A stretch of DNA of 64,000 bases. It comes from Phoronis australis (lineage: Eukaryota; Animalia; Phoronida). The position numbers and the translations under genes are program-made. This document shows positions 26,833-39,391 of this stretch, in pieces (within the stretch, counting starts at the first letter, position 1; each line of letters opens with the position of its first letter). The notes under the pieces are model-generated. The model did not search any database. It was not told the DNA's origin and worked only from the letters and a program-made list of their open reading frames with translations. The stretch is taken from positions 186,001 to 250,000 of the forward strand of contig NMRA01000340.1 in the NCBI GenBank assembly GCA_002633005.1, written 5' to 3'.

Positions 26833-29800
26833 GTAAGCAGTAGTGGCCATGCTTGTCTCAGTTTTGACACCATTATCTCGCATTCGTCCTTAAACGGGTA
26901 TTTGTTACCTGCCATTCTTCTGTAAGGCTCTCTACCGACAATTGATTTCTTTATACCAGAGTGCTAACCGACATACTCATACATTAAATGCACCTTACCT
27001 GGTTGTTTAAGGCATGTAATTAGTGCGTGTAACTCCGCTTAATTTCTGGGTAGTGTTAATGAGTAGTGTTTGGTATTGTGTTACAGATTTTTCTGTCATC
27101 ACATTTTTGCACGGTGCAAGACTTTATCAAAAAGATTGGAATGTTGCATGAAAGCTGACTTTCATTTCTGTTAAAATAGTTTAAATTTGATTTAAATTGA
27201 ATTATTGGAAATGCTTTAGGTAAGTTATAATATGTGCATTTAATGTGTGCAGTTCGAATCTTTCTCAAATTCTAAAGTAACCTTTATATCCACACTAGAC
27301 ATTAAAAATAGGTCTTTCACAAAAAATTTAATGCATATATTGACTCGGTTACCCTTTGCAAGAATCCACAAACCCACAGAAATGCAATCTTGTCAAAGTG
27401 AGTTCTTGCTGTAGGAAGTGAATTCAATGATTGCGAAATAGCTGCAAACATGTTCCTAACACACTAAATTTGTGCAGCAGCTGTAGAATGGGTATAAATT
27501 AGTCTGTTCTCACCACCAATGATAATTCAGCGATTGTATGTGTGCATGTGTGAATGTCTCAGTCTTTGGTGGATATTGATCTATTGATCATGTGAACACA
27601 GTTCAACTTACAACTAGTTGTTACATGCGTACATTGTCCTCAATAATTACTCTATAGTCCAGCTGCCACTGGACAATCCGCCAACTGAAGAGTGGTCAAA
27701 TGTCAACCTATTGTGTCCCCCCCTCCCCCCTCGTTACTTATAGAGATGTAGTTTTATTGGTAAAGGTAGAGGCAAACTTAATTCCGCTGTTCCCATGTAT
27801 TTTGAAATTGCAGAAATATTTCGGAAAGAAATACCCGAGATTCATTCCAAAAATGGTCGTGCCCCCAAAGGATTCATAAATACCAAAAAGGTTGCCCCTA
27901 TTGGCAGACACGGACACTGACACTACACAGTCAGTGCAGTACAACTCAGGCACCAGCACCAGAGGTTTTATGATACAGAAAAGAATAGGAATTTTAGTAA
28001 AATCAACAAACTGACCATAAATTATCCCCCCCTTGCTGGGTATTGATGCACAACATCCGTGTCCTAGTAAAAATTTGCTTGAAAAATACTCGGGATTTTT
28101 CTGCCAATTTTCTCATGGGGACGACACTTAATTATAAGTCACAACTTTCATGAACTGTTCAGTTTTACTGGAAATTGGTTGCAATAATTGAGTTCTGTTG
28201 AATAGTAATTCATTCGATTTATGAAAATGGTAATGAATAGTTAATCAGTTTCAGTCAGAGTGCTCTCGCTGTGCTAGTAGTAGTTTCAGGGACTCTACAC
28301 TTAGTATACAGTGATTCTCCACGTTTGTAGCTCACTCACCTCATTTCCCACGACGAACTATTTGGAAAAACAATATTTTGTCCCTCACTTATTTCACATG
28401 AGGCTCACTTGGTGCGAATAGTTAACCTCGCCAAATTCACACACCCTAAGTTTTGCACCTCAGAAATATGTCAAGGCAATGAATTAACAGACCATCCTAC
28501 AAAATGTCCAATTTGGCCAACTTCAGAACATATCGTATTAATCAATGTGAGGGTCTATCAAAATATAGGACATATGATTTTCTTGAAAGAAACTCAAAGG
28601 TTCCTTGGCACGATAACAAAGTGATCATTTTAAAAAGTGTAACAGCATTTTTGAAATTTCATCTTGATCATTTATATTAAACAAAATTAGTATATGATAT
28701 AGTTTGGTACAAATGTGTCTTTTTGTTAAAGCTCTATGGTTACGTAACCCAGTTAATGACAGGTGGACAAAAATCAAAAATAAAATTATGTAGGCTTACT
28801 GCTTTCAGAAATAATTTACTTTTTTGGAGTTATAAAGTATAGTGCTGATATTTGGCTAAGTGCGCAGACTTGTCTATGAGGTCATACATAACCTGAAACT
28901 GACCTTGTGGTTTATTTATAGTTTCATGGTATTTGTTTTGCCCAACTGTTTCTAGGTAATTGTTGCCTTTTTTGTTGTTTATTGGTTGGTAAAACCTTTC
29001 TAGGTCAGGGAGCACTGATTGTACCTTGCCTACAATGGATGACCTATGAGCCTGTGTTGGAGCCAGCCACCCATGTGCAACCAATAGCACCTGCCTCATT
29101 GTACTCGGACAATGAGTTTTTACCTGTTGAACATTTTAACTTGGCTTTGTTTGGTTGCTAAGTTTATTTTAGGGACATTTTTGTCCACGAGTGTTTATAC
29201 TGCACAGTGATGATGTTTGTCTGAATTTTTTCAATATTTACGAATGGAAGCAAGAAATTATGTGCTGGAGCTGGTAATCGCAGAACAGAAGGTTAATGTT
29301 TAGATTCTCGTTGTTAGTTGTTTTGTCTGTTGATTTTCTCTTTGTGTTTCCTTCTGTTGGCCTGTTGACGAATGGGTATAATTATGCGAGAATGCTGTAT
29401 CAACAGTTAGAAGTGAGACATTCAACTGGCTGTTTTCACTTGCTTCCAGTTTTGCCTATCAAAGCAACGGTGTTTAAGGTTTTATCCAGTGATCAATCAC
29501 AACCCCTGTGGTACTCGGTATGTCTTTTTTAACTTTGTTTTATATGGATTTACAATTATGTCACTCACACGGCTCAAAAGTCTGCAGAGTTTATGTAGTT
29601 CCATGTTATAGAGCGCTCTTTACTTCTAGAAGGTTTTGTTTTTTAAGATTTCCAGTTGTTAAAGCAAATTACAAATTTAATTAGATTTAAAAGTCATGAT
29701 TTTTTAGTATATTTTGTTTATCGTTAGATAAATCAGTTTTTCTAGTTGTCATTTGATATTACCGTATCCACCGAGAAGTTGTATTGTGAAAATGGATTTC

Positions 29801-31456
29801 GTTTCTGCATGAAATGTACCTCGTGCTGGATCCTATTCACCATATCACTGTCTAACAAGTCATTTCAATTCATATTAGCCTGTCCCAGCTTTTATGATCT
29901 TTTTACTACAGTCATTTTGTTATACGCTTTGACCTCTGTGTCAGAGGTCCGAAATCTGCTCTTGGAAGGGTCTTCAATGAACTGGGATTCTGTTCATTAG
30001 TGTGTTTGTTTTGGTATGTGGGTGTGTGTCGGCATCCCTGGCTGGTCGTCTTTTGTCTGGTGTATCGCCTAAGCCCCTGAATGGATGTTCGTAAAATTTT
30101 GCAGACATTGCGCAAATTTTCTTACGGATTCAACTACCACTGTGCCACCTCAGGGGCAATTTCAATTTTGTACATTGGTCTGTGCATCATAATGCTCTGT
30201 GTTGCTCTTGTACTTTTTTCAGTGAAACTGAAGCATTACGTGCACAGATTTAGTGAAAGTCAACCTAATGTAGCATGTGAAGTTTCAGGCGTGCTAGTCG
30301 AAGTTTTGTAATTTAAAAGTGTTGGCAATACCCTTGAGTTTATTTCTTAGCCATGTATTGATCAATTTTTACTGAATCACACACACGCAAAGGAAGTTCA
30401 CATCCATGCCCGAGTTTAACTTTTGATAACTTAGATTGTTTAGACAAAGTGACACTATTAGTGAATATTTTGTTTTTGCCAAACCTGAAAGATAAATACA
30501 AAAACTGTATACCAATGAGTTTGTTCTTGCAGTCAAAGATGTTATCTTTAACGGTGTCGGGAGGGTAGTTTTCTAGTTTTCGGCAGGTAAAAATCTGGTG
30601 ACATAACAGATAACTTGGTAACTTGCAAACAATATGTTGTAAACAACTCTTGTCACTTGAGCAGACCAGAACTCAAATTACTAATCAGGTTTTTTGTCCT
30701 CAATATGCTTGAGCTGACGTATGCCCCTCCCCCCAAAAATGGATTTGAAAAGCATCTGCAGCGCTGTTGATGAAATGTGGGAATTGTTTATGAATGACTT
30801 GAACAAGACCGACAAGACCGGGATTGAAAGTTTTTGAGAGCAGTGACAATTTTTTTTTGAAAAAGCTGTAACAAATTGTTGAAAAATGCCAGAATGTTCT
30901 TTATCAAACAGCAAATGACTCGGAAATAGTTTGTTTATATTTTGTCAAGTTTTAAGTCATTTCTAATATTCTGTATAATAACATTAAACACAAATCATTT
31001 CAAGGAGGAACATATCAACCTGATTAGCCTTTCAACCTCCCTTAAAAGTGCTCATCAATGGTTTAGGACTCACTAGTAGCTTGTGGTGTCTTTCTTGTGC
31101 AGTAACTGTTATCTAAGATCCCAGACTGGGGTAGAGCTGTTTGTTCTGTAGAATATGCTCTTGTTCACCAAAAGCACTTCATGTTTTGGCACCAACACAT
31201 GATATAAATCAATATGTGGCGGTGCGCTGATAGCAAGATGCACAACTAATAATTTACCCAGAAAATTTCTGTCAGTTGGTTGATGAGTGGGCTTATTGAT
31301 TGTTCTGCGGTGGTTCCTTTTGGTCAGGATGACAGTCTTTGATAGATAGTCAAGACATCATCAAAATTAAATGAAGGAGTGCATACTTAAAGCTGGTGGT
31401 TGAAGTCTGTTAATTTTCATGAAAAATTAATTGGAGCAAAAACTGGCGCATGTAAA

Positions 31457-31665
31457 TGGGTATTTGTAGGTGTTGGTGTTTGTCTCTGAACAACGGGTAT
31501 TTGTAGGTGTTGTTGTTGGTCTCTGAACAACGGGTATTTCCAGGCATTCAGATGTTGGTCTCTGAACAATGGGTATTTCTAGTTGTCTCTGAACAACGGG
31601 TATTTCCAGGTGTTGATGTTGGTCTCTGACCAGCGGGTATTTCTTGGTGTGAATGTTTGTCTGAC
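31457..31665. repeat. Degenerate ~36 bp tandem repeat
   Basis: GGGTATTT(G/C)(T/C)AGGTGTTG..TTGGTCTCTGAACAAC, about 6 copies. Confidence 0.8.
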
Positions 31666-32539
31666 TCAATAACAACAAAACTAATACTTCTGAGTGTTAG
31701 CGATGTTGTTTAAATGGGAACTTGTTTTTTTCGTCTTGATCTCTGATCAACAGTTACTTCAAGGTGTTAATCTTAAGACAATAGGTACTTCTAGGCTATG
31801 ACCCTGCCCTCCAAGTGCTGTGGTGGTTAGCGTAGTATGAAGATTGGCATACAATGTGTTTTACTGTAAGGATATGAACATGGTCAAGTCTACATGGAAT
31901 TATTATTGATTGTGTTCACCAGTTAAGACTGATGTGTTACTGCACTCCAGGGGTCTTGGTAGAATAGGAAGTGGGTAGAGTGATTCATATAATGATACAC
32001 TGTTCAGGCCTCATCATAAGCAAGTAAATTCTCAAAAATACACTTAGAAAAAATAATGTACGTGTAGAAAAGGGCATCACCTGTACCCACGCTGAATTGA
32101 CATTCTCCATTTGTTTGGCAAAAAGTAAACACCATTTTTTCATTTTAAAGGCTAAATACTTTACTACATATAATGAAAATTTATCAAAAGTTGTTTCATA
32201 TCTTTGTTTTTCAGAAAATTTGAACAAAAAACAGAATTTTACTATTTGGCCGTTTTGTATCCTCAAATAAGTGAAGAATTACTTTTAAGTCGCTGCAGTT
32301 ACAGTATCGGAAACACCCAGAATGCGCTTAAAAGTTTTCATTACTCATGGCTTGGAATTTTCCTCTTTTAAGTGGTTTCCCTAATTTTTTGTTTCGATTT
32401 CCTCTTATTTAATTTCTAGTTTCCTCTTTTTTCATCTATTTTTATCATTTTTTACTTTATTCATACAAAAATATTTGTTTCAGTTAAATTTTACAAAACA
32501 AAAATGATTCTATCACACAAGACTGGAAAAGATTAGTCT

Positions 32540-32730
32540 TTTTTGCCATTGGTCATTCCAAGCCCTGAAATATGTAACAGTTTTTGTCATTGGTCATTCC
32601 AAGCCTTGTAATATGTGACAGTTTTTGTCATTGGTCATTCCAAACCCTGAAATATATAACAGTTTTTGTCATTGGTCATTCCAAGCCCTGAAATATGTAA
32701 CAGTTTTTGTCATTTGCCATTCCAAGCCCT
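32540..32730. repeat. ~41 bp tandem repeat, ~4.5 copies
   Basis: TTTTTGTCATTGGTCATTCCAAGCCCTGAAATATGTAACAG. Confidence 0.9.
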
Positions 32731-35700
32731 GGTTACTAAAACTTTTACACTGTCTCAATATTACCTGGTTTTAGTAGTGTTAAAAACAGTTAATGTTTTA
32801 AAATTGTTGTCTTTGATGTTTGTGAATTCAGATCATGGTTTTTATTGAGAGGGATGGTCTAACAATGTTAGGTAGTAGTTCTTCTACTGAGCAGAATAAT
32901 TGTTGATGCAGAAGGGTTGAAATCTTAGTAGAGGTGTACCAAAATTCGAGAAATACCGTTTTCCATTATTTTGACCAAATGCGCCAGCATCGCTCACTGC
33001 TTAGTCACTCCTAGACCAAGTTGTTGCTAGATTTGAGGACTGTCTGGACACTGCTGAAACTTTGGCAATTTATTCCACCTCCCTTACTGAAGTAGGGTAA
33101 GGTGTTCTAGGGTATTGGGCGCCACTTCTTATCGCTGTGTTGCTGCAATCCTGGGGCAAGGCTGAAGTAATTATCAGGCACTGACAGATGCTGAAAGGTT
33201 CTCTTTTGTCTGCCATATTTGCGTCAGCTGTTCACTGTAATGCAATAGATGTTTTAACTCCTGCCTTGCATCAACTTATCAGAGTGTGTGCACGTGTATC
33301 TGAATCCTCCACTTAAAGTGGGCCAAGTTGCACTAGGTTAAGTCTGTGTTTGTACAGGACTGTCGTGCCATTTATGCTGTATTTTTATGCCTTATTACGG
33401 TATATGTTAAATTGAGTTTCGGTCAAGTTGACGTCTGCCATGTTTTAGGATGTCGAGTGTTACTGTAGTATTTGTAAAATACGTTCCTCAGTTTTACATA
33501 GGTGTTTTAAATGTAGAAGCATGAGTCATATACAGGCAAAACTTCACCTATTAAGGGTTAAGACATAACATTGCAGCAAATAAACTGTTGAGTTTAGGAC
33601 AACCCAATGATTAGAGTTTATGCACTCTGGTCTGTGCACTGTAGTTAATATCAAAATAACCAAGACATAGCACTTTTGTTATACTCTGCCAAGCTTGGAC
33701 GAAATTCTTTATTTGGCTGTTTAGTGGAACTTTTGTAGCAATAAAATGACCTTTTCTGTCAAACTTTAGTCAGAGTTAATTGTGATGTTATTGTGCTTAT
33801 TTTTAAATGGACCTGCGAGAATGGATAGTCACACTTCCCAAAGGTGCGTGATGCAACACTCGTAGAGAGTTGGTTGAGATTTAACCTGATTTATTGAAAC
33901 CGTGTTGTTAGTAAAAAGCAAATGAATATTTAGTAATGTCGATGTGGTACTGTTCATATTGAAAGCTATGGGTATACTGTTGCATAAACCAGGGCATTTT
34001 GAGGGTTCATCTAACTGCTTTTAGTCGGGGGGGGGAGGGGGGGACTCACGATTTAGCTGTATCCATGATTTTTACTAAATCAACCCACTTGATATTACTG
34101 CTGATTTTAGCCTGCCATTCAACACAACCAACCAAGTGTGTTGCATGCAGTTTTGATTTTGATTCAAAATGTTGGAGATTTCATTGATTACCTCCTGATT
34201 GGTTGCAAAGCTCTCATCAATGTTATCATCATGATATTACATTTAATGTTATGGTCTTTATACAGCTCCAATTTGTAGAGATTGCTATCGATTTCCCTGT
34301 TTATTGCTCTTATTAAATCAAGCTTGGCTCTTCAACATGTCTTTGATTGCACTTTAGATAATGAAAAATGCTTGTTATGCTAAAGATGTGGATTTTTGGG
34401 TTAACGTTCAGTTTTTTGGCCGTGTCATTTTTGTGTAATAGGAAACCTTCCACCCTCCACTCTTTAGCTTTGAGAGAGTGCAAAAGCATCCTTCGCTTGA
34501 TCCAATTTCTAGCTCTTACTTGCATGACAGGCGAGTTGATGGACAGTAGACAAAACGCTATTTCTCACGTTGGACATATTTGTGTGAATCATTGAATACT
34601 TCACCTGCACAAGTCAATAATGGCAATTTACAGTCCCTGGAAAACATCCCACTGCAAATGCAGAACACTATCGACTAACTGCCTAATGGTTGTCATCCAG
34701 TGACAAGGTGTGTTCATGTGGTCACCGCTATATATCGGGAAATGGCTATTTGTGATTGGAGATAACATGAAGGTTTTGAAACCCATTAGCAGATCACGCA
34801 AAAAAGTAACTAGATAGTGCATTGTTGTTTTAAACAGGTATTTTTTGTTCTCTCAGAAGGAGCCTGTTACCTCTAAAGCTGTTTGTGTCAGCCTAGAAAG
34901 TGGATTGTGAAATCATTGCCTTAACCCGGGTATTCAAAAATTCAAACTTGTGTTCTTTGATGACACTTTGAGAAACGCAGTGTTTTTACTGTTCCAAACT
35001 GGAGAATTTTTACTGCTTTAATTCAAGTCCTCTTGACTACACCTAGTATCATTGATCACTGGGCTATGGGACAGTGTACACAGTAGATATTCGAGGGTGA
35101 GGGGTAGGGGGGTTAAGTTATCAAGTTACATGCACCGCTTTGCTCTTTATTTTGTTGAGTATACTAACACTGCTCCAACTTTCCTCGCAAGCGTAATTGA
35201 ACTTCCAAAGCATTGTTGTCTCGGCCTTATCCTTTCCTTTCGAGTTGAACACTGGAAATTCCCCAGACAGCCCTACTGGCTAATGGCGGCCATATTTTCG
35301 TGACGTCTGGAACTAAATCAGCGTGACGGACAAGTTAATGGGCCTGGTCTGAACTGAGCTGCAGCAACTTTTCAGTTTGTCTCAAGCCCAGGGACAATTT
35401 CTAACATTAATAAGGAGGACGAGGAGACCAGTTCTATGACACTAAACAGACAAAATCAAAAGTTGAACTTCTTCAGACAAGGCGTGGCTTTGATGTTTCT
35501 TTGACCTGTCAACCCTCAGAATAATGAAAATTGAGTCTGATTAAAGAGTTTAATTTGAAAATGTATGTCCAATGTAACTGTAATGGCTTAGGTATACTGT
35601 GTTTTTGCGTCATTTGTCGCAGTCAAGCCAAAGAAAACGCTTATTACATCAGCTTGGATGCAGCTTTGACAAGTTGCCAACTAAAGAAATAAGTGTTTGT

Positions 35701-37330
35701 TTCATTTCTTGGCTATATTTCTGTATTTCTGTTGATCAACGTACTGAGCAGACCTGCGTAACTTTATAGTATGCACTGTGTGTCATTCGGTACGTGCGAC
35801 ACCTGTAATGATTTCCAGACTGGTTTGAAAGACTCTAAACAATTTTTGCCCCAGTGTTCTGAAGTGGAGGGCAAACACAGGGTGTATGATCACCCTTTAA
35901 ACTTGTCTGTTATGGCGTGTGATAATTTGTCACTTATTTAGCACACAATATGGCTAGCAAGCGAAACTATATTTTGTCAAATTTCTCCAAATTGCTCCAA
36001 AAATAACAATTAAGGAATTTATAGTCTGTTACTAACAGGCTTGTAACTCTGGAGATATCATAAAACAACTTCTGGTAATATAAAAATGACAATTTTGGAA
36101 ATTATAGTAGGGAATTACCATATGCTTTTGTTTTCTGCTTAGCCCAGTGTTACAGTTTCGCGTGCACAAGTTCCGTTTGGGTTTAATTGATATATTGCTC
36201 GCAATCAATAAATGTTTTGGTTTGCTCTGGGGCTTTTTACTTACTTCTGCTTGGTCAGACACTCAGCGTTTTCATCATCTTCAGCACATTGTCGGAGATG
36301 CTTGAAGCTGTATTGTGATTATGGGTTTCACCTAGAATTATAGTCTTGTTACTGAAACTGAACACAAATGTGATTGAAAAAAGCAATTTTATGTGGTCAA
36401 ATTCAGGCAAATATAAGTATCAACACTGTTTAATTCTTTCTTAGCAATTGGTTGGTGATGTGCAGCTCAGTCGTTGCTCAACATCTGGACAAATTCCCGA
36501 GCTTTACTTGCTATTTCATAGACTAATATGGTGGTATTGGCATTACTTAGTTTCCATCGCAAAATTAACAAACCATGCATTACAAGAACAAAGTTGGCCG
36601 TGGCGATCTAAGTTCTGCTTTTGGGAAATTAGATTTGAAATTGCTTTCAATAGAATGAAACCAGCTGATATTCATCAGTAATAAGTGTTCTTGGGCTCAA
36701 ATCTCAATGAAATCTTTCAACGCTTGTGTTTGCTTTAAGCAGTGAAACAACTCATAATTAGGAGCCCGTCTGTGAGTGATGTCTACAAATCTATTATTCC
36801 TTGATTGGTCATGCAAAATGGTGAATATTCATCAAGTGGAATGATTCCGTGGATTGTTATTGCTGCGATAATCACTAGCGCCTTGGATTAAATGTAAACA
36901 ATTCATCAATGTTAAGCTTCACTTTGTCTATCCCAATTGTTAATCATTATCAAATAAATCAAGTGTTAAATCTAGTTTGTGCTAAACCTTCTTCAAGACT
37001 AGCTAGATCAAACACTGCCAGTGTCGAGACAAGATCATACTGTATGAATATGTCAATCTTTCACACTTATATTCATTAGCCAAGGTCACGTGATGTGGCC
37101 AACAGATGGCGTGCTTACAAGGCTTAAAAATGTTTGGAACATGATTATACTTGTTAATTGTTCTAGACTGGTGCCTGGTTTTTAAGTTCCACTATTGTAT
37201 TGGTACTGATCTACTCTTGAGCGTTTCTCTGCAGCATGTGCAGCCACTTGGTGACATGTTGGAAACTCAGCTTTGCAGAATTTAATAAATGTCAAACATG
37301 ATCTCGCATTTCGTCTTTTCTTTGTTACAG

Positions 37331-37372
37331 TCATTGGAAAGTACCCGGCGTATGCTGGCTCTCTGTGAAGAG
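37331..37372 (+). CDS. SNAP25: SNAP-25 exon 3 (SLESTRRMLALCEE)
   Basis: ttacag| ... GAG|gtgagt; 42 nt, phase 0-0; matches human SLESTRRMLQLVEE. Confidence 0.97.
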
Positions 37373-38246
37373 GTGAGTCATTAGCTCGTTTAGTGTAAAC
37401 AAACACGACGAAATATTCAAAATACACGTGAGTAGTGGACCCCCCGAGTTTATTCTTGTATTGCCGTCAGGGCATCTACACCTTCCTTTGTTTTTATTCA
37501 TTGTTGAGGTCATGACCATTAGGATGACCCTTTCTCCGTTATTACCCAAGATTGCAAGATGATGCCAGACAAAGGTGAAATTTGGGTGACCGGACACTTT
37601 TTGGACTTGCTCTTCAAAACACTTGTGCACCGACCAATCATGGTGTAATTTGCAGAAAGAAAACATTGATTTTAGTTAGAACATGGGACGTCAAAGAGGA
37701 GACTCCATGTTCTTTGCCCAAGTTTTAGTCCATTGTTTGGTATTCGCTGCTTGCTCACTTTGGTGGTGGCGCTGCAAAACACGATCGTTGTGCATTGTTG
37801 TTTAGGACACAATGCCTCGTTTTAACATCAACTTGAACAACGCAAACGTGAAACCGCGGGTGTTCCAAATGTGCAGAACCATTACTATTTGGGTGCACCT
37901 CATTTCCAAGCATAATGGTGAATTCGTATGACCAGTGAATAGGTCATATGATCAATTTTCATGTGGCATATTATTTTTTCCTGATTTGTATTAATAGATT
38001 TTGGTTTCTTGAAATTTTGCTATAATAATCAGCCTTCTGTTGATTAATATCTGGTATTAGTGGTGAGCTTTACCTACCTTCAGATAACTCATAAATATTA
38101 CTGACACTGATTGAACTACAGTGATATCAAAATATGCTTTTAATGCCATTCGACAGAGCTACTTATTTAACAGTCTTCTAAAACTGACCATCTTTGTTTT
38201 GGTCGGTCGTGATATCAATGTTGTTTTATATGCCTGCTGCCACTAG

Positions 38247-38295
38247 GGAAAAGATGCCGGAATTCGCACCTTGGTGTATTTGGACGAGCAGGGAG
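38247..38295 (+). CDS. SNAP25: SNAP-25 exon 4a (GKDAGIRTLVYLDEQG-), SNAP-25-like variant
   Basis: cactag| ... GAG|gtaaga; 49 nt, phase 0-1; 14/16 identical to human SKDAGIRTLVMLDEQG. Confidence 0.92.
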
Positions 38296-38677
38296 GTAAG
38301 ATGGCCACCCTCATGGGGGGCGCTGCTCTCTGTGTACCAACGTTGTGACATAGTTTTTTGTAACACCTATTTGTTTTCATCTTTAATAATTATAATTTGC
38401 CTTCCTCTAAGTCACCCTTATTCAGAGGCGCTGGCGTATGGGGAAGAACAACATGCACACAGTTTTAAAGGAAAAGTATATGAGACAATTTGTGTGATAA
38501 AAATGTTTTGTTCTTTCAAAAAATGTTTTGTTTTCAAGGACAGATTTATTTTAAAATTCCATGTTCTTTTTAAAAATCCTCAAGTCTGTGTCTCGTTTGT
38601 CCATCTAAGGACATCAATTTTGAGCTTTCCATTAGCCTTGTAAGGTTCGTGCACACAATTATAAACCACTGGACTTC

Positions 38678-39391
38678 AGTAGGCAGGTGTCCTGGTGCCT
38701 TTTGCGGTGCACCAAGCGTGCTTAGGCCACTGTGCACCAGGCGTACTTAGGCTATACAGCTGAGCCTATTGCACTGATCACAGGTTTATGGTTTTCGGCT
38801 CTCCGGTTATTGCATTTATTCTCCGTCGCTTGTCCTCTGCATAAGGGTACAGCTTTAATCACATTGTTTACCTTTCAGTTGTTTTCCACTGTCTCTGTTG
38901 CCAGTCATGTGTGCTGCCCTCTGTTAGTCCTAACTCACACTACCTCCGCCATCGTCAATTCTCTTTAGTTGATGTTGTGCTTTTCCTTACAGTCTCAGGA
39001 TGTTGGTGTTAAGACAATTGTCATGCTGGACGCACAAGGCGGTAAGACTCAGGACCCGGGTGTAGCTTCCATAACATCGCAATATTAACAACTGCCCCCG
39101 TGTGCTTTAGTCAAAATGATGAAATTTAGCATTGGAACGGGGTTGAAGATTCACATGGTTGTATGAAACGTGAAGAAAAAGGCATTTAAACTAATCTCCA
39201 TGTAAATCTCCAGATTGTGCAGGTTTAATAGCCTTTCAAATTTCCGGAGAATAAGGGGAGATGAAAAGACTACTCACCTCCATGCCGAGGGATACCCTTA
39301 AGTTTTAATCAGGTGATAAGTGCTACAGGCCCAACTGTGTGACCTAAGCATGCCTGGTGCACTGCAGCAGGCACCAGGCCACCTGCCTATT
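38678..39391. repeat. Inverted repeat pair (arms 38678-38781 and 39313-39391) enclosing exon 4b
   Basis: TAGGCAGGTGTCCTGGTGCC...GCACTGATCAC versus the reverse complement of GTGATAAGTGC...GGCACCAGGCCACCTGCCTA; roughly 80% complementary by eye. Confidence 0.85.
38993..39041 (+). CDS. SNAP25: SNAP-25 exon 4b (SQDVGVKTIVMLDAQG-), SNAP-23-like variant
   Basis: ttttccttacag| ... GCG|gtaaga; 49 nt, phase 0-1. Confidence 0.92.

Noticed and set aside
23104-32848. Periodic ORFs and possible CRISPR-like arrays at 23.1, 31.5 and 32.6 kb
   Set aside because: Head-to-tail minisatellites without unique spacers in a eukaryotic intron; no cas genes.
33005-33081. Open stretch SLLDQVVARFEDCLDTAETLAIYSTSLTE as a cassette exon
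   Set aside because: Weak in-frame donor and no similarity to SNAP-25 exons; coordinates approximate.
38194-38643. 149 aa ORF, the longest in the track
   Set aside because: No recognisable homology; overlaps exon 4a in a different frame.
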